Positions 9,936 through 20,218 of a DNA stretch of 45,935 nt are shown here, in pieces. Positions within the stretch are counted from its first letter, which is position 1. The number at the start of each line of letters is the position of its first letter. The position numbers and the translations under genes are program-made. A model generated the notes under the pieces. It was not told the DNA's origin. It saw nothing but the letters and a program-made list of their open reading frames with translations, and ran no database searches. Source of the stretch: an uncultured Candidatus Saccharibacteria bacterium (GTDB taxonomy: Bacteria; Patescibacteriota; Minisyncoccia; Phycocordibacterales; GWA1-40-21); assembly GCA_964485905.1 (NCBI GenBank), contig CAZAJY010000003.1:1-45935 (forward strand), written 5' to 3'.

Positions 9936-10283
9936 ATGAAAGAATATAAAATAGATGCAAAAGGAAAAAAATTAGGACGAATCGCTAGTGAAATAGCTAG
10001 TATTTTACTTGGTAAAAAAGAAGCTGATTTTCAAAAAAATAAGATAGCGGATGTTAAAGTTGAAGTAATTAATGCTTCTCAAATGGATATTGATGATAAA
10101 AAAGCTCAGACAAAAATTTATACTAATTATTCTGGTTTTCCTGGCGGACTGAGAAAAAGAAGTCTAGCAGAAATAGCCACTAAAAATGGTTATGCTGAGG
10201 TTTTACAAAAGGCCGTAGCTGGTATGATTCATAATACTAGACTAAAAACACCAGTCTTAAAAAATTTAAAAATTAGTGAATAA
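9936..10283 (+). CDS. rplM: 50S ribosomal protein L13 (short)
   Basis: IDAKGKKLGRIASEIA, YSGFPGGL; precedes rpsI. Confidence 0.94.
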   Translation: MKEYKIDAKGKKLGRIASEIASILLGKKEADFQKNKIADVKVEVINASQMDIDDKKAQTKIYTNYSGFPGGLRKRSLAEIATKNGYAEVLQKAVAGMIHNTRLKTPVLKNLKISE

Positions 10284-10293
10284 TGATATAAAA

Positions 10294-10704
10294 ATGACTG
10301 AAACACATAAAGAAAATAGATATATTGAGACTGTGGGACGAAGAAAAACTTCTGTCGCTAGAGTAAGAATAACACCTAGTGCTAAATCTTCTTTTATAAT
10401 TAATGATAGATCAGTAGAAGATTATTTTAAGGTAGCTGAACAGAGAGCGATTATAATGTCTGCTATTTCTGAATTAAAATTAGAACAAAAATTTGAGATT
10501 ACAGTAAAAGTAAATGGAGGAGGGTTTAATTCTCAAGCAGAAGCTATTCGTCATGCAATTGCTCGAGCTTTAATTATTCATGACATTACCTTAAGAAAAA
10601 ATCTCAAGAAGGCCGGTTATTTGAAGAGAGATCCTCGAGCCAAAGAACGTAGAAAATTCGGTCTAAAGAAAGCCCGTAAAGCTCCTCAGTGGTCTAAACG
10701 ATAG
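10294..10704 (+). CDS. rpsI: 30S ribosomal protein S9
   Basis: GRRKTSVARV, GGGFNSQAEAIRH, KARKAPQWSKR. ATG 10294 preferred over GTG 10276. Confidence 0.97.
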   Translation: MTETHKENRYIETVGRRKTSVARVRITPSAKSSFIINDRSVEDYFKVAEQRAIIMSAISELKLEQKFEITVKVNGGGFNSQAEAIRHAIARALIIHDITLRKNLKKAGYLKRDPRAKERRKFGLKKARKAPQWSKR

Positions 10705-10721
10705 TTAATTAATTAAAATCT

Positions 10722-11306
10722 ATGACTAACGACGACACAAAACAAAATAATGACGCCGTTACCGATGATGAAGTGGTTTATGATACGAATGTGGATTCGG
10801 ATAATTTGACTGATCCAAAAGAAAAACTAACTAAACTAAAAGAGAAGATAAAGAAGTTGGAAGCAGAGAAATCAGAGTACATGGACGGCTGGCAGAGAGA
10901 GCGGGCAGATTTTGTAAACTTTAAAAAACGGTCCGAGGAAGAAAAGAAAGACTATATAAAATTTGCCAATGAAAACTTACTGGAAGAAATGTTAGCTGTA
11001 CTAGAAAGTTTTGATATGGCTTTTATGAATAAAGAACAATGGAACTCAGTGCCAGAAAACTGGCGAGTAGGTGTTGAGTATATTCATTCCCAATTAGTTA
11101 AAATCTTAGATGATAATGGTTTAAAAGAATTTGTGCCCCAAATCGGTGATAAATTTGATGTAAAACTTCATGTTGCTGAGGAAGTAACCCCAGTAGAGAA
11201 AGAATCTGAAGATGGCGTGATTAAAGAAATCAAGAAAAAAGGCTATACTTTAAATAGTAAAATCATCATCGCACCAAAAGTGGTGGTGGGGGAGTTTAAA
11301 AAGTGA
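10722..11306 (+). CDS. grpE: nucleotide exchange factor GrpE
   Basis: QRERADFVNFKKR, FDVKLH.A, KGY.LN.KII.APKVVV; upstream of dnaK. Confidence 0.95.
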   Translation: MTNDDTKQNNDAVTDDEVVYDTNVDSDNLTDPKEKLTKLKEKIKKLEAEKSEYMDGWQRERADFVNFKKRSEEEKKDYIKFANENLLEEMLAVLESFDMAFMNKEQWNSVPENWRVGVEYIHSQLVKILDDNGLKEFVPQIGDKFDVKLHVAEEVTPVEKESEDGVIKEIKKKGYTLNSKIIIAPKVVVGEFKK

Positions 11307-11318
11307 TATAATATCAAC

Positions 11319-11621
11319 ATGTTAGCTATTCAGAAACAATCTAAATACTTTTCGCGAATAATGAAGATGCCTAATGGTATTGAGGCTTTAGTGTTTTTTG
11401 AATTGATTGAAAGAAATGGGCATTTAATTGCTAAGGCAATTTATGCAGAAGCTATTGATATTAATTCTGTTCCAGAGCAAAAAGTTTATTGCTTACCGAG
11501 CGTAATTAGTCCAACTGAATTTATTCCAGTTAAGTCCATCTTCTCTGATTTTGTTTCTACCTTTTCCAAAGATTTTAGTTTCATTATGAGTCAACCAACT
11601 CGTGCTCCTAATTTTTGTTAA
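11319..11621 (+). CDS. hypothetical 100-aa protein ending ...SQPTRAPNFC; possible arrest-peptide leader of dnaK
   Basis: Fills the grpE-dnaK gap and has its own TG-a-TATAAT (11304-11312) 6 nt before the ATG. Confidence 0.75.
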   Translation: MLAIQKQSKYFSRIMKMPNGIEALVFFELIERNGHLIAKAIYAEAIDINSVPEQKVYCLPSVISPTEFIPVKSIFSDFVSTFSKDFSFIMSQPTRAPNFC

Positions 11622-11655
11622 TTCTTTTTATTAAAAGTCTTAACTTAAATTAACT

Positions 11656-13590
11656 ATGTCTAAAATAATAGGAATTGACTTGGGGACAACCTTCTCAGCC
11701 GCGGCTGTTATGGAAGGTGATAAACCCAAAATTATCGAAAACGTGGAGGGCTCTAGAACTACTCCCTCAATTGTCTCAACTAGTAAAACTGGTGAACGAT
11801 TAGTCGGACAATTAGCTCGCCGACAAGCGGTTACCAATCCGAAAAATACCGTCTTCCAAATCAAAAGATTTATGGGCCATAATTACGATGATCCAGGAGT
11901 TCAGAAAGATAAAGCCGGTGTCTCTTTTGACATTGAAAAAGCCCCAACTGGTGGCGTAATGGTCAAAATGAATAATCAGAATTTTAAACCGGAAGAAATT
12001 TCGGCCATGATTCTGCAGAAGTTAAAGAATGATGTGGAAGCCAAATTAGGTGAAAAAATTACTGATGCGGTGATTACTGTGCCGGCCTACTTTAATGATT
12101 CTCAACGACAAGCTACTAAAGATGCCGGAACCATTGCCGGCTTGAATGTTCTGAGAATTATTAATGAACCAACAGCTGCCGCTTTGGCCTATGGTTTCGA
12201 CAAAAAGAAAAATGAGCAGATCGCCGTCTATGACTTTGGAGGTGGAACCTTTGATATTTCCATCTTGGAGGTCGGCGCCGATATTGTAGAGGTAAAATCG
12301 ACCGATGGCGACTCTCACTTAGGTGGTCGCGATATTGATCGTAAAATTATTGATTGGGTGGCCGATGAATTCAAAAAGCAAGAGGGTATTGATGTTAGAA
12401 AAGATCCTTTAGCCCTTCAGAGACTTGATGAAGCCGCTGAAAAAGCTAAAATTGAACTTTCCACCGCTATGGAAACTGAAGTAAATATTCCCTTTATTAC
12501 TTCCGATGCTAATGGTCCAAAACATTTGCTGATCAAGTTGACCAGAGCGACTTTGGAGAATTTAACGAAGGAATTTATTGACCGCTCAATTGAAATTACA
12601 AAAAGAGCAATTAAAGCTTCGCCATTTAAAGTAGAAGATATTGATGAAATCGTAATGGTTGGAGGTCAAACAAGAATGCCGGCAATTATCAAGGCCGTTA
12701 AAGAAATTTTTGGAAAAGAACCAAATCTTTCAGTCAACCCTGACGAGGTTGTAGCTCTTGGTGCAGCCGTGCAAGGAGGAATTCTTCGTGGTGATGTAAA
12801 AGATATTCTCTTATTAGATGTTATTCCACTTTCTCTTGGTATTGAAACCATGGGTGGGGTAGCCACAAAATTAGTGGAAAAGAATACCACCATTCCAACA
12901 ACTAAAAGTCAGATTTTCTCTACCGCTGCTGATAGCCAAACTTCGGTAGAGATTCATATCACTCAAGGTGAAAGACCTTTAGCCGGTGATAATAAAAGTC
13001 TCGGTCGCTTTATTCTAGATGGAATTCCACCAGCTCCACGCGGTATGCCTCAAATTGAAGTAAGCTTTGATGTGGATGCCAATGGTATTTTGTCAGTTAA
13101 GGCAAAAGACAAAGCAACGGGTAAAGAACAGAGTATTCGAATTGAAGCTCGTTCGGGCTTAACCGAAGAAGAGATAAAGAAGATGCAGGCCGATGCCACC
13201 GCTCACGAAGAAGAAGATAAAAAGAAGAAAGAAGAAATTGATGCCAAAAATATCGCCGAGCAAATGATTTATACGGCTGAGAAAGCGATTAAAGATAATG
13301 GCGGAAAAGTCAATCCAGAAATCGTGAAAGGGGTAGAAGATAAAATTGCGGATCTTAAGAAAGTTAAAGAAGGTACTGATATTGAAGCGATTAAAAAATC
13401 TTCAGAGGCTTTGACCGCTGAGATGCAAAAAATCGGTGAAGAGATTATGAAAGCTCAGCAAACTGAACAAGCTAAAGCTGACCAAGAGGCACCAAAACAG
13501 GAGGGGGGGAATTCTTCGACAGGCTCTGGACCTAACGGGAAAGACGACAATATCAAGGATGCGGATTTCACCGAGGGGGAGAAGAAGTAA
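11656..13590 (+). CDS. dnaK: chaperone DnaK
   Basis: [44 protein letters not shown]. Confidence 0.99.
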   Translation: MSKIIGIDLGTTFSAAAVMEGDKPKIIENVEGSRTTPSIVSTSKTGERLVGQLARRQAVTNPKNTVFQIKRFMGHNYDDPGVQKDKAGVSFDIEKAPTGGVMVKMNNQNFKPEEISAMILQKLKNDVEAKLGEKITDAVITVPAYFNDSQRQATKDAGTIAGLNVLRIINEPTAAALAYGFDKKKNEQIAVYDFGGGTFDISILEVGADIVEVKSTDGDSHLGGRDIDRKIIDWVADEFKKQEGIDVRKDPLALQRLDEAAEKAKIELSTAMETEVNIPFITSDANGPKHLLIKLTRATLENLTKEFIDRSIEITKRAIKASPFKVEDIDEIVMVGGQTRMPAIIKAVKEIFGKEPNLSVNPDEVVALGAAVQGGILRGDVKDILLLDVIPLSLGIETMGGVATKLVEKNTTIPTTKSQIFSTAADSQTSVEIHITQGERPLAGDNKSLGRFILDGIPPAPRGMPQIEVSFDVDANGILSVKAKDKATGKEQSIRIEARSGLTEEEIKKMQADATAHEEEDKKKKEEIDAKNIAEQMIYTAEKAIKDNGGKVNPEIVKGVEDKIADLKKVKEGTDIEAIKKSSEALTAEMQKIGEEIMKAQQTEQAKADQEAPKQEGGNSSTGSGPNGKDDNIKDADFTEGEKK

Positions 13591-13594
13591 TTAA

Positions 13595-14500
13595 ATGGCA
13601 AAAGATTATTATCAAATACTAGGTATAAGCAAAAGCGCCTCTAAAGATGAAATAAAAAGCGCTTTCCGAAAATTAGCTCATCAATACCATCCCGATAAAG
13701 GCGGTGGTAATGAGGCTAAATTTAAAGAAGTAAGTGAAGCTTACAGTGTGCTTGGTGATGATAATAAAAGAAAACAATATGACACCTTTGGCTCGTCGGG
13801 ACCGGCGAGCGGAGGGGGTTATGGTGGTTTCAGCGGTTTTAATCAAGGCCAAGACTTTGGTGGTTTTGATTTCTCACAATTTACACAAGGTGGCCGAGGG
13901 GGTAGTTTTGAATTTGATCTGAATGATATTCTCGGAGATTTTTTTGGTGGAAATATGGGTGGCCGAAGACAAAGAGTGAAAAAAGGCCGGGACATCAGTG
14001 TAGACTTAGAAATTACTTTTGCTGAATCGATTTTTGGTGTGGAAAAAGAATTTTCTTTAACTAAAAATTCTACTTACAAAGCCGAAAAAATAAAAGTAAA
14101 AATTTCTGCTGATATCGATGATGGACAAACTATTCGTTTATCTGGAGGTGGAGAAACAATAAAAGATGGCGTGGCTGGAGACTTATATATTAATGTTTCT
14201 GTTCGTCGTGATCCTTTGTTTAAAAAAGAAGGAAAAAACATTATAACTGAGATAAATATTAAGCTTTCTGATGCTATTTTAGGGCTAAAATACCCCCTGA
14301 AAACGCTTGATGGTGATATTGAGCTCATAATACCCGAAGGTACAAATTCTGGGGATATTCTGCGTGTTCGAGAAAAAGGTGTCCCAATTGATAATCATAA
14401 TCGTGGCGATCTCCTAGTAAAAATAAAAATCAAAATGCCAACACGTTTGTCCCGTGATGCCAGAAAAGCTATTGAGGAGTTGAAGAAAGAGGGGTTATAA
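13595..14500 (+). CDS. dnaJ: DnaJ-family co-chaperone lacking the zinc finger (class B-like)
   Basis: J domain with HPD, G/F region, CTD with GDLY; no CxxCxGxG repeats. Confidence 0.9.
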   Translation: MAKDYYQILGISKSASKDEIKSAFRKLAHQYHPDKGGGNEAKFKEVSEAYSVLGDDNKRKQYDTFGSSGPASGGGYGGFSGFNQGQDFGGFDFSQFTQGGRGGSFEFDLNDILGDFFGGNMGGRRQRVKKGRDISVDLEITFAESIFGVEKEFSLTKNSTYKAEKIKVKISADIDDGQTIRLSGGGETIKDGVAGDLYINVSVRRDPLFKKEGKNIITEINIKLSDAILGLKYPLKTLDGDIELIIPEGTNSGDILRVREKGVPIDNHNRGDLLVKIKIKMPTRLSRDARKAIEELKKEGL

Positions 14501-15005
14501 AAAATATGAGAATTTGGGATATTGAACCAAAATATTTATGCCGGAAACATTTACTGGCTGAACATCGCGAATTACATGGTTTGCAGACCCCAGTGATCCG
14601 CGGTGTGAAGTTCGGAACGTCTGGCTCAAATTGCCGATGAACCAGCATGTCCCGAAGAGTCGCTGAAGCGTTACTTGTCAGGCGTATGACGGCCGTATCC
14701 GTTTGGTCCCCGTTGCTGACGATGAAAACGCCACAGTACTCATTCATCGCATTGTAGATGATGAGTGAAGGATCCTTTACCTTGGCCGGGTCAGCGCCTT
14801 CGGTAAAAAGTACTCCACCACTGACACAAAAGACTCGGTTACGGCTGTTTTCACTCCGGCCCATGATCCAGTAGATCTGGACGGCGTAAAGACCATCTTC
14901 ACTTGTCCCAATGACGATACCGCGTCCGGGATAGGGGTTTTGAGATAAACCCTTAAGGTTGAGTCTGGCTGTTGCCTTCCAATACGTCAGTTCGCCTTCT
15001 TTCAT
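14469..15005 (-). pseudogene. 3'-truncated IMP cyclohydrolase-like (PurO-like) gene
   Basis: NPYPGRGIVIG, YWIMGRSENSRNRVF, DPSLIIYN, IVSNGDQTD, FEPD.PNFTPRITG. Homology stops at about 14584; the tail is the antisense of the glycosylase remnant. SD AGGAGG upstream. Confidence 0.75.
14506..14640 (+). pseudogene. 5' remnant of pyrimidine-dimer DNA glycosylase (T4 endonuclease V-like family)
   Basis: MRIWDIEPKYLCRKHLLAEHRELHGL, then runs into unrelated GC-rich antisense sequence and stops. Confidence 0.75.
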
Positions 15006-15094
15006 TTGTCTCCTCCTTTTCTGTCAAACCACTGCAAGCCGTGGCCGCTTTTTTAGCTAATCAATCCTTAGTGACTAATTAGCTTCTATAAATA

Positions 15095-15123
15095 AAACTA
15101 CTCTTCTTATAATAAATTGTCAA
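15095..15123 (-). promoter_or_regulatory. possible promoter of PurO-like gene
   Basis: TTGACA-17nt-TAGTTT on the minus strand. Confidence 0.45.
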
Positions 15124-15258
15124 TCTTTAAAATTACAAAGGCCTAGCCTTTGTGTTTGCTCAAAAAATCCAGAAAATAGGGATTGTTTTAATTCTAGACA
15201 TTTATGATATAATAGACCAAAGGTCGTAAATAAAATATTAATTTATTTTTATACTACT

Positions 15259-15474
15259 ATGAAAAAATTAAGTGTAATTGATTGGATTGCCTTGATCCTA
15301 GTGATCGTTGGTGGTCTTAATTGGGGATTGGTGGCTTTGAATTTTAATTTAGTGAACTTTCTATTTGGTTCATGGGCATGGTTGGAAACTACAGTCTATG
15401 CTTTGGTTGGCCTTTCTGCTCTTTGGACGATTGTTTATTTAGTCAAAGGAAACAAGCAAGCTGTTCAAATGTAA
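15259..15474 (+). CDS. DUF378 small membrane protein
   Basis: IALILVIVGGLNWGLV..FNLV..LFG...VYALVGLSALW. Confidence 0.88.
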   Translation: MKKLSVIDWIALILVIVGGLNWGLVALNFNLVNFLFGSWAWLETTVYALVGLSALWTIVYLVKGNKQAVQM

Positions 15475-15495
15475 TTTGTCTCGCAATCTAAAATA

Positions 15496-15530
15496 TTAAA
15501 AAACCGGAGCTTGAAAGGCCGGTTTTTTAA
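15496..15530 (+). terminator. intrinsic (bidirectional-type) terminator
   Basis: TTAAAAAACCGG / CCGGTTTTTTAA inverted repeat. Confidence 0.75.
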
Positions 15531-15569
15531 ATGGTGGGCAAATGATAAAATATTTGCTATTATATTCCT

Positions 15570-16556
15570 ATGTCTAATTCAAAAAAGATTTTATTGTCGG
15601 GAGTGAAGCCAACGGGCCGAGTGCATATCGGTAATTATTTTGGCGCGATGAAGCAGTTCGTGGAAATGCAAAATGATTATGACAGTTATATTTTTATTGC
15701 CGACTATCATGGTCTAACTACCGTGCAGGATGCAGAAATAATGAAGCAGGGGATTATCGATGTTGCCCTTGATTATTTGGCCATTGGCCTAGATCCTAAA
15801 AAAGTCGTTTTATTTAAACAATCGGATGTGCCACAAGTACATGAGCTGAACTGGATTTTTAATTGTATTACCACCATGCCATATTTAATGCGCGCGCATG
15901 CTTATAAAGATGCCGAAGCAAAAAATAAAGAAATCAATGTCGGGCTTTTTGATTATCCTTTATTGATGGCGGCTGATATTCTTTTGCCTGATGCCGATGT
16001 TGTCCCTGTAGGTCAAGATCAAAAACAACATGTGGAATATGCTAGAGATACAGCACAGAAATTTAATAATGTATTCAAATCAGAAATTTTTAAACTGCCA
16101 GAACCTTTAATTTTAAAAAATGTGGAAACAGTGCCAGGCACCGATGGACAGAAAATGAGTAAAAGTCATAATAATGTTATTCCACTTTTCGCGACCCAAG
16201 AAGAAATTAAAAAAGCCGTGATGAGTATTCCGACTGATTCTAAAGGGGTGGACGAGCCAAAAGATCCGGAGACTAATAATATCTTTGCTATCCATAAATT
16301 GCTCTTAAATGAAGCCGAAAAAGAGGCTTTGGCCGAGAGATATAAAAAGGGTGGTATGGGTTATAAAGAGGCTAAAGAAGGCCTTGTAGAGGCCCTAGAA
16401 GCCTTTATTAAGCCAATGAGAGAGCGTCGGGCTCGATTAGCGGATGATTTGGAGACCGTTTTTGACATCCTTAAAGAAGGTGGCAAAAGGGCCTCAATGC
16501 GCGCCGAAAAGAAAATGGAAGCTGTAAGAAAAGCGGTTGGAGTAGAGATTTATTAA
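15570..16556 (+). CDS. trpS: tryptophanyl-tRNA synthetase
   Basis: SGVKPTG.VHIGNY, YPLLMAADIL, VPVGQDQ.QH, KMSKS. Confidence 0.98.
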   Translation: MSNSKKILLSGVKPTGRVHIGNYFGAMKQFVEMQNDYDSYIFIADYHGLTTVQDAEIMKQGIIDVALDYLAIGLDPKKVVLFKQSDVPQVHELNWIFNCITTMPYLMRAHAYKDAEAKNKEINVGLFDYPLLMAADILLPDADVVPVGQDQKQHVEYARDTAQKFNNVFKSEIFKLPEPLILKNVETVPGTDGQKMSKSHNNVIPLFATQEEIKKAVMSIPTDSKGVDEPKDPETNNIFAIHKLLLNEAEKEALAERYKKGGMGYKEAKEGLVEALEAFIKPMRERRARLADDLETVFDILKEGGKRASMRAEKKMEAVRKAVGVEIY

Positions 16557-16575
16557 AATTTTTCATATTAAAGAT

Positions 16576-17982
16576 ATGCAACGAACATATATAAAAGATT
16601 TGGGGGGTAAAATAGGGGAGGAAGTGATGATAAAAGGATGGGTAAATATTAGAAGGGATCAAGGAAAAATGATTTTCTTGGATTTTCGTGATATGACCGG
16701 AATTGTTCAGGGTGTTATTTTACCAAACGCAAAAGAAGCACATGAAATTGGTGAAAAATTGAGATCAGAATGGGTAGTAGAAATAAATGGAAAAATAAAT
16801 AAAAGACCAGATAAAAATATTCAGAAAGATAAATTAAATGGTGAAATTGAATTAGAGATTCTAAAAATTAATATTTTAAACGAAGCATTAACTTCACCAA
16901 TCGATATTCGAGGTGATGGTTATGATATTAGTGAAGATGTTCGTCTTACAAATAGATATTTGGATTTACGTCGACCACGTTTGCAAAAAAATATTAGGAA
17001 CAGAAGCAAAGTAATGACTTATGTTCGTAATTTTTTTACAAAAGAAGGTTTTACTGAAATTGAAACACCAACAATGACAATTGCAACGGCTGAAGGATCC
17101 AGAGACTTTCTAATACCATCTAGGCTAGAAAGAGGTGCTTTTTATGCCCTACCACAATCACCACAACAGTATAAACAATTATTGATGGCGGCTGGTATGG
17201 AAAAATATTTTCAGTTTGCCAGATGTTATCGTGATGAAGATACTCGTGGAGATCGGCAACCAGAATTTACCCAAATGGACTTAGAAATGAGTTTCGTAAA
17301 TAGAGAAGATGTTATGGAAGTAAATGAAAGGGCTTTAATTTCATTAGTTAAGGAATTTTATCCCCATAAAAAAATTCAACAAATACCTTTTCCGCGTTTA
17401 ACTTATGAAGAAGCAATGAAAAAATATGGTTCGGATAAACCAGATATCAGAGAAGATAAGACAGACAAAGATCTTTTAGCTTTTTGTTGGGTAATAGATT
17501 TTCCATTTTTTGAAAAAGACGATAAGGGTGGATGGACTTTTTCTCATAATCCTTTCTCTGCCCCAACACCAGAATGTATGCCAGACCTAATAAATAAAAA
17601 AAATATAGGAGAAATTATAACAACTCAATATGATATTGCTTTGAATGGATCAGAAATTGGTGGGGGAAGTATTAGAAATCATAAACCAGAAGCCCTAAGA
17701 AAGGCTCTGGAGATAATGGGTTTTCCAGATGAAAAAATAGAAAAAGAATATGGCCATATGTTAAAATCATTCTCTTTTGGTATTCCACCACACGGTGGTA
17801 TTGCTTGGGGCTTTGATCGCTTAATGATGCTTTTAGAAAATGAACCAAATATTCGTGAGGTAATTGCTTTTGCTAAAACTGGTGAGGGCCGTGATTTAAT
17901 GATCGGGGCTCCAGCTAAAGTCCCTCCTGAACAATTACTTGAGCTTGGAATTAATGTAATAAAGAAGGAGGATAAAAAATAA
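16576..17982 (+). CDS. aspS: aspartyl-tRNA synthetase lacking the GAD insertion domain
   Basis: RYLDLRR, YALPQSPQQYKQ, RDEDTRGDRQPEFTQ, YGSDKPD followed directly by FCWVIDFP, PPHGGIAWG. Confidence 0.96.
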   Translation: MQRTYIKDLGGKIGEEVMIKGWVNIRRDQGKMIFLDFRDMTGIVQGVILPNAKEAHEIGEKLRSEWVVEINGKINKRPDKNIQKDKLNGEIELEILKINILNEALTSPIDIRGDGYDISEDVRLTNRYLDLRRPRLQKNIRNRSKVMTYVRNFFTKEGFTEIETPTMTIATAEGSRDFLIPSRLERGAFYALPQSPQQYKQLLMAAGMEKYFQFARCYRDEDTRGDRQPEFTQMDLEMSFVNREDVMEVNERALISLVKEFYPHKKIQQIPFPRLTYEEAMKKYGSDKPDIREDKTDKDLLAFCWVIDFPFFEKDDKGGWTFSHNPFSAPTPECMPDLINKKNIGEIITTQYDIALNGSEIGGGSIRNHKPEALRKALEIMGFPDEKIEKEYGHMLKSFSFGIPPHGGIAWGFDRLMMLLENEPNIREVIAFAKTGEGRDLMIGAPAKVPPEQLLELGINVIKKEDKK

Positions 17983-18714
17983 ATGTCTGAAGCTACTTTT
18001 CAAATTAAAACCGAAATATTTGAGGGTCCGTTGGACTTGCTATTAAATTTGATTGAAAAGAAAAAACTTTTCATTAACGATATTGCTTTGGCCAAAGTGG
18101 CTGATGATTATATTGCTTATTTACAACAACAGGAACAATTTCCTATTGCTGACAGCGCCGATTTTTTGGTCATTGCCTCCACTTTATTATTAATCAAATC
18201 TCGATCATTATTACCCAATTTGAACCTGACGGAAGAAGAGGAACAAAGCGTCAGTGATTTGGAAAGACGATTAAAAATCTATCAACGAATTAAAGAATTG
18301 AGTTTACATATCAAAAATCTTTTCGGCAAAGAAATTATTTTTGCGCCGGAACCGCGAAAAGCGATACCAGTTTTCTCACCAGACCAGACTATGACTAAAG
18401 AAAATTTACTGAATGCTATTTTGACAGTTATCAAAGCTCTGCCAAAGGTAGAAAATATTCCTAAAGCGATTGTAAAAAAAGTCATTAGTCTAGAAGAAAT
18501 GATCGGTAATTTAACCGAGCGAATTAAATCTAGTCTTAAATTAAGCTTCCGCGAATTTGCCAAAGTTGGCAAAGAAGAGCGAGTCAATGTTATAATAAGC
18601 TTTCTCGCGATGCTAGAATTGGTCAAGCAGGGGATTGTGAATGTCAAACAAAACAACGAATTTGATGATATAGAAATGGAAACCCAACAAGCCGGTTTAC
18701 CACATTATAATTAA
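17983..18714 (+). CDS. scpA: segregation and condensation protein A (kleisin)
   Basis: FEGPLDLLLNLI, LLLIKSRSLLP, FLAMLELVK. Confidence 0.96.
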   Translation: MSEATFQIKTEIFEGPLDLLLNLIEKKKLFINDIALAKVADDYIAYLQQQEQFPIADSADFLVIASTLLLIKSRSLLPNLNLTEEEEQSVSDLERRLKIYQRIKELSLHIKNLFGKEIIFAPEPRKAIPVFSPDQTMTKENLLNAILTVIKALPKVENIPKAIVKKVISLEEMIGNLTERIKSSLKLSFREFAKVGKEERVNVIISFLAMLELVKQGIVNVKQNNEFDDIEMETQQAGLPHYN

Positions 18715-18717
18715 AAA

Positions 18718-19269
18718 ATGAACGAATCAGATATAAGTAAAGAAATAGAAGCCGTGCTTTTTTGGAAAGGGGAGCCACAGTCAATTAAAAAATTGGCAAC
18801 TTCTTTAGGTAAAACGGAGGAAGAAATTTTAACTGGATTGGAAATCTTAAAAGAAAAGATAAGAGATCGTGGAATAGAATTAATCTACAAGGATGACGAA
18901 ATAATGTTAGGCACCGCCGCGAATCTCTCGTCATTAATTGAACGATTAACCAGAGAAGAACTAGTGAGAGATTTGGGTCGGGCTGGTCTGGAAACCATTT
19001 CCATTATTGCCTATAAAGGACCGATTTCCCGCGCTGAAATCGATTATATTCGAGGAGTTCAGTCCACCTTTATACTAAGAAATTTACAGATCAGGGGTTT
19101 AGTGGAAAGAATTGATAATGAAAAAGATCGCCGCAGTTTTCTCTACCGACCAACTTTTGAATTATTACAATTCCTTGGTGTCTCAAAAATCGAAGATTTA
19201 CCAGAATATGAAAAAGTCAAAGCCGAATTCACTGAACAAATAACGAATGAACCCCCTGAAGAACAATAA
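18718..19269 (+). CDS. scpB: segregation and condensation protein B
   Basis: IEAVLF, LETISIIAYKGPISRAEIDYIRGV, LEDLP-like end. Confidence 0.96.
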   Translation: MNESDISKEIEAVLFWKGEPQSIKKLATSLGKTEEEILTGLEILKEKIRDRGIELIYKDDEIMLGTAANLSSLIERLTREELVRDLGRAGLETISIIAYKGPISRAEIDYIRGVQSTFILRNLQIRGLVERIDNEKDRRSFLYRPTFELLQFLGVSKIEDLPEYEKVKAEFTEQITNEPPEEQ

Positions 19270-20215
19270 AAATAAAATACTGGCTTGTTTAACAGTCATC
19301 ATTTTATTCCTGCTAGTCGGGGGATTATTTTTTTTCATTAGTCTAAAAAATCGAGAACGAACCAAAAAACTCAGGCAAGCCGTCATTGAAAGACAGCGAG
19401 TTCAGGACTTGGCAGAAAGATTCAATAATATTTATTTGGATACCACGGCCACCTCCAGTCCACTAACCAGTAAATCATACTTAACCATGATTATGACCGG
19501 TGACGGAGATGAAAAAATCTTAAATCAAAAAAATCCCGATCTGGTTTGGCCCATCGCCAGTGTCACAAAATTAATGACGGCCATTATTATTTTAGAAAAT
19601 GTTGATTTAGAAATGCCAGTTACCGCCACCCTAGATTATATCGGCCAAGAGGAGAGTTTTTTCGTCTTGAAGACTGATAAAAAATACCGCGTAAAAGATT
19701 TACTCGCTAATGCTTTAATCGCTTCGGACAATGATTCGGCCCGTCTCTTGTCCAGCACCTTAGGAAAAAATAATTTTGTGGCCAAGATGAATCAAAGAGC
19801 ACGGGAATTAGACCTGACTCAAACGCATTTTTTTAATGTCACCGGCTTAGATCCTATAGCCTCATCTTCTGACGAATTAAATGTTTCCACAGCTACTGAT
19901 TTAGCTAATCTCTTAATCTTTATCCAAAAAACTTATCCCGAAATCCTTAAAATTACAACTCAGACTGAATATAATTTTTGTGAGACTGAGAATTCCTGCC
20001 AAATTGTAAATAACACAAATAAATTATTAAACAATAAAGATTTTCAACTTAAAATTCTTGGAGGAAAAACTGGTTATACCGATTTGGCTGGCAAAAATCT
20101 AGTCTTGGTAACGGACATCTTAAATGATATAGTATTAGTAAATATTGTCTTGGGTTCCAATGACAATTTTGTCGATACGCTATCGCTTATTAATCAAATT
20201 AAAGTGCAAGATTAG
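19247..20215 (+). CDS. D-Ala-D-Ala carboxypeptidase (peptidase S11)
   Basis: N-terminal TM; PIASVTK (SxxK), SDN (SxN), GGKTG. Confidence 0.9.
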   Translation: MNPLKNNKNKILACLTVIILFLLVGGLFFFISLKNRERTKKLRQAVIERQRVQDLAERFNNIYLDTTATSSPLTSKSYLTMIMTGDGDEKILNQKNPDLVWPIASVTKLMTAIIILENVDLEMPVTATLDYIGQEESFFVLKTDKKYRVKDLLANALIASDNDSARLLSSTLGKNNFVAKMNQRARELDLTQTHFFNVTGLDPIASSSDELNVSTATDLANLLIFIQKTYPEILKITTQTEYNFCETENSCQIVNNTNKLLNNKDFQLKILGGKTGYTDLAGKNLVLVTDILNDIVLVNIVLGSNDNFVDTLSLINQIKVQD

Positions 20216-20218
20216 ATT

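Noticed and set aside
10705-11655. CIRCE operator
   Set aside because: No TTAGCACTC-N9-GAGTGCTAA seen.
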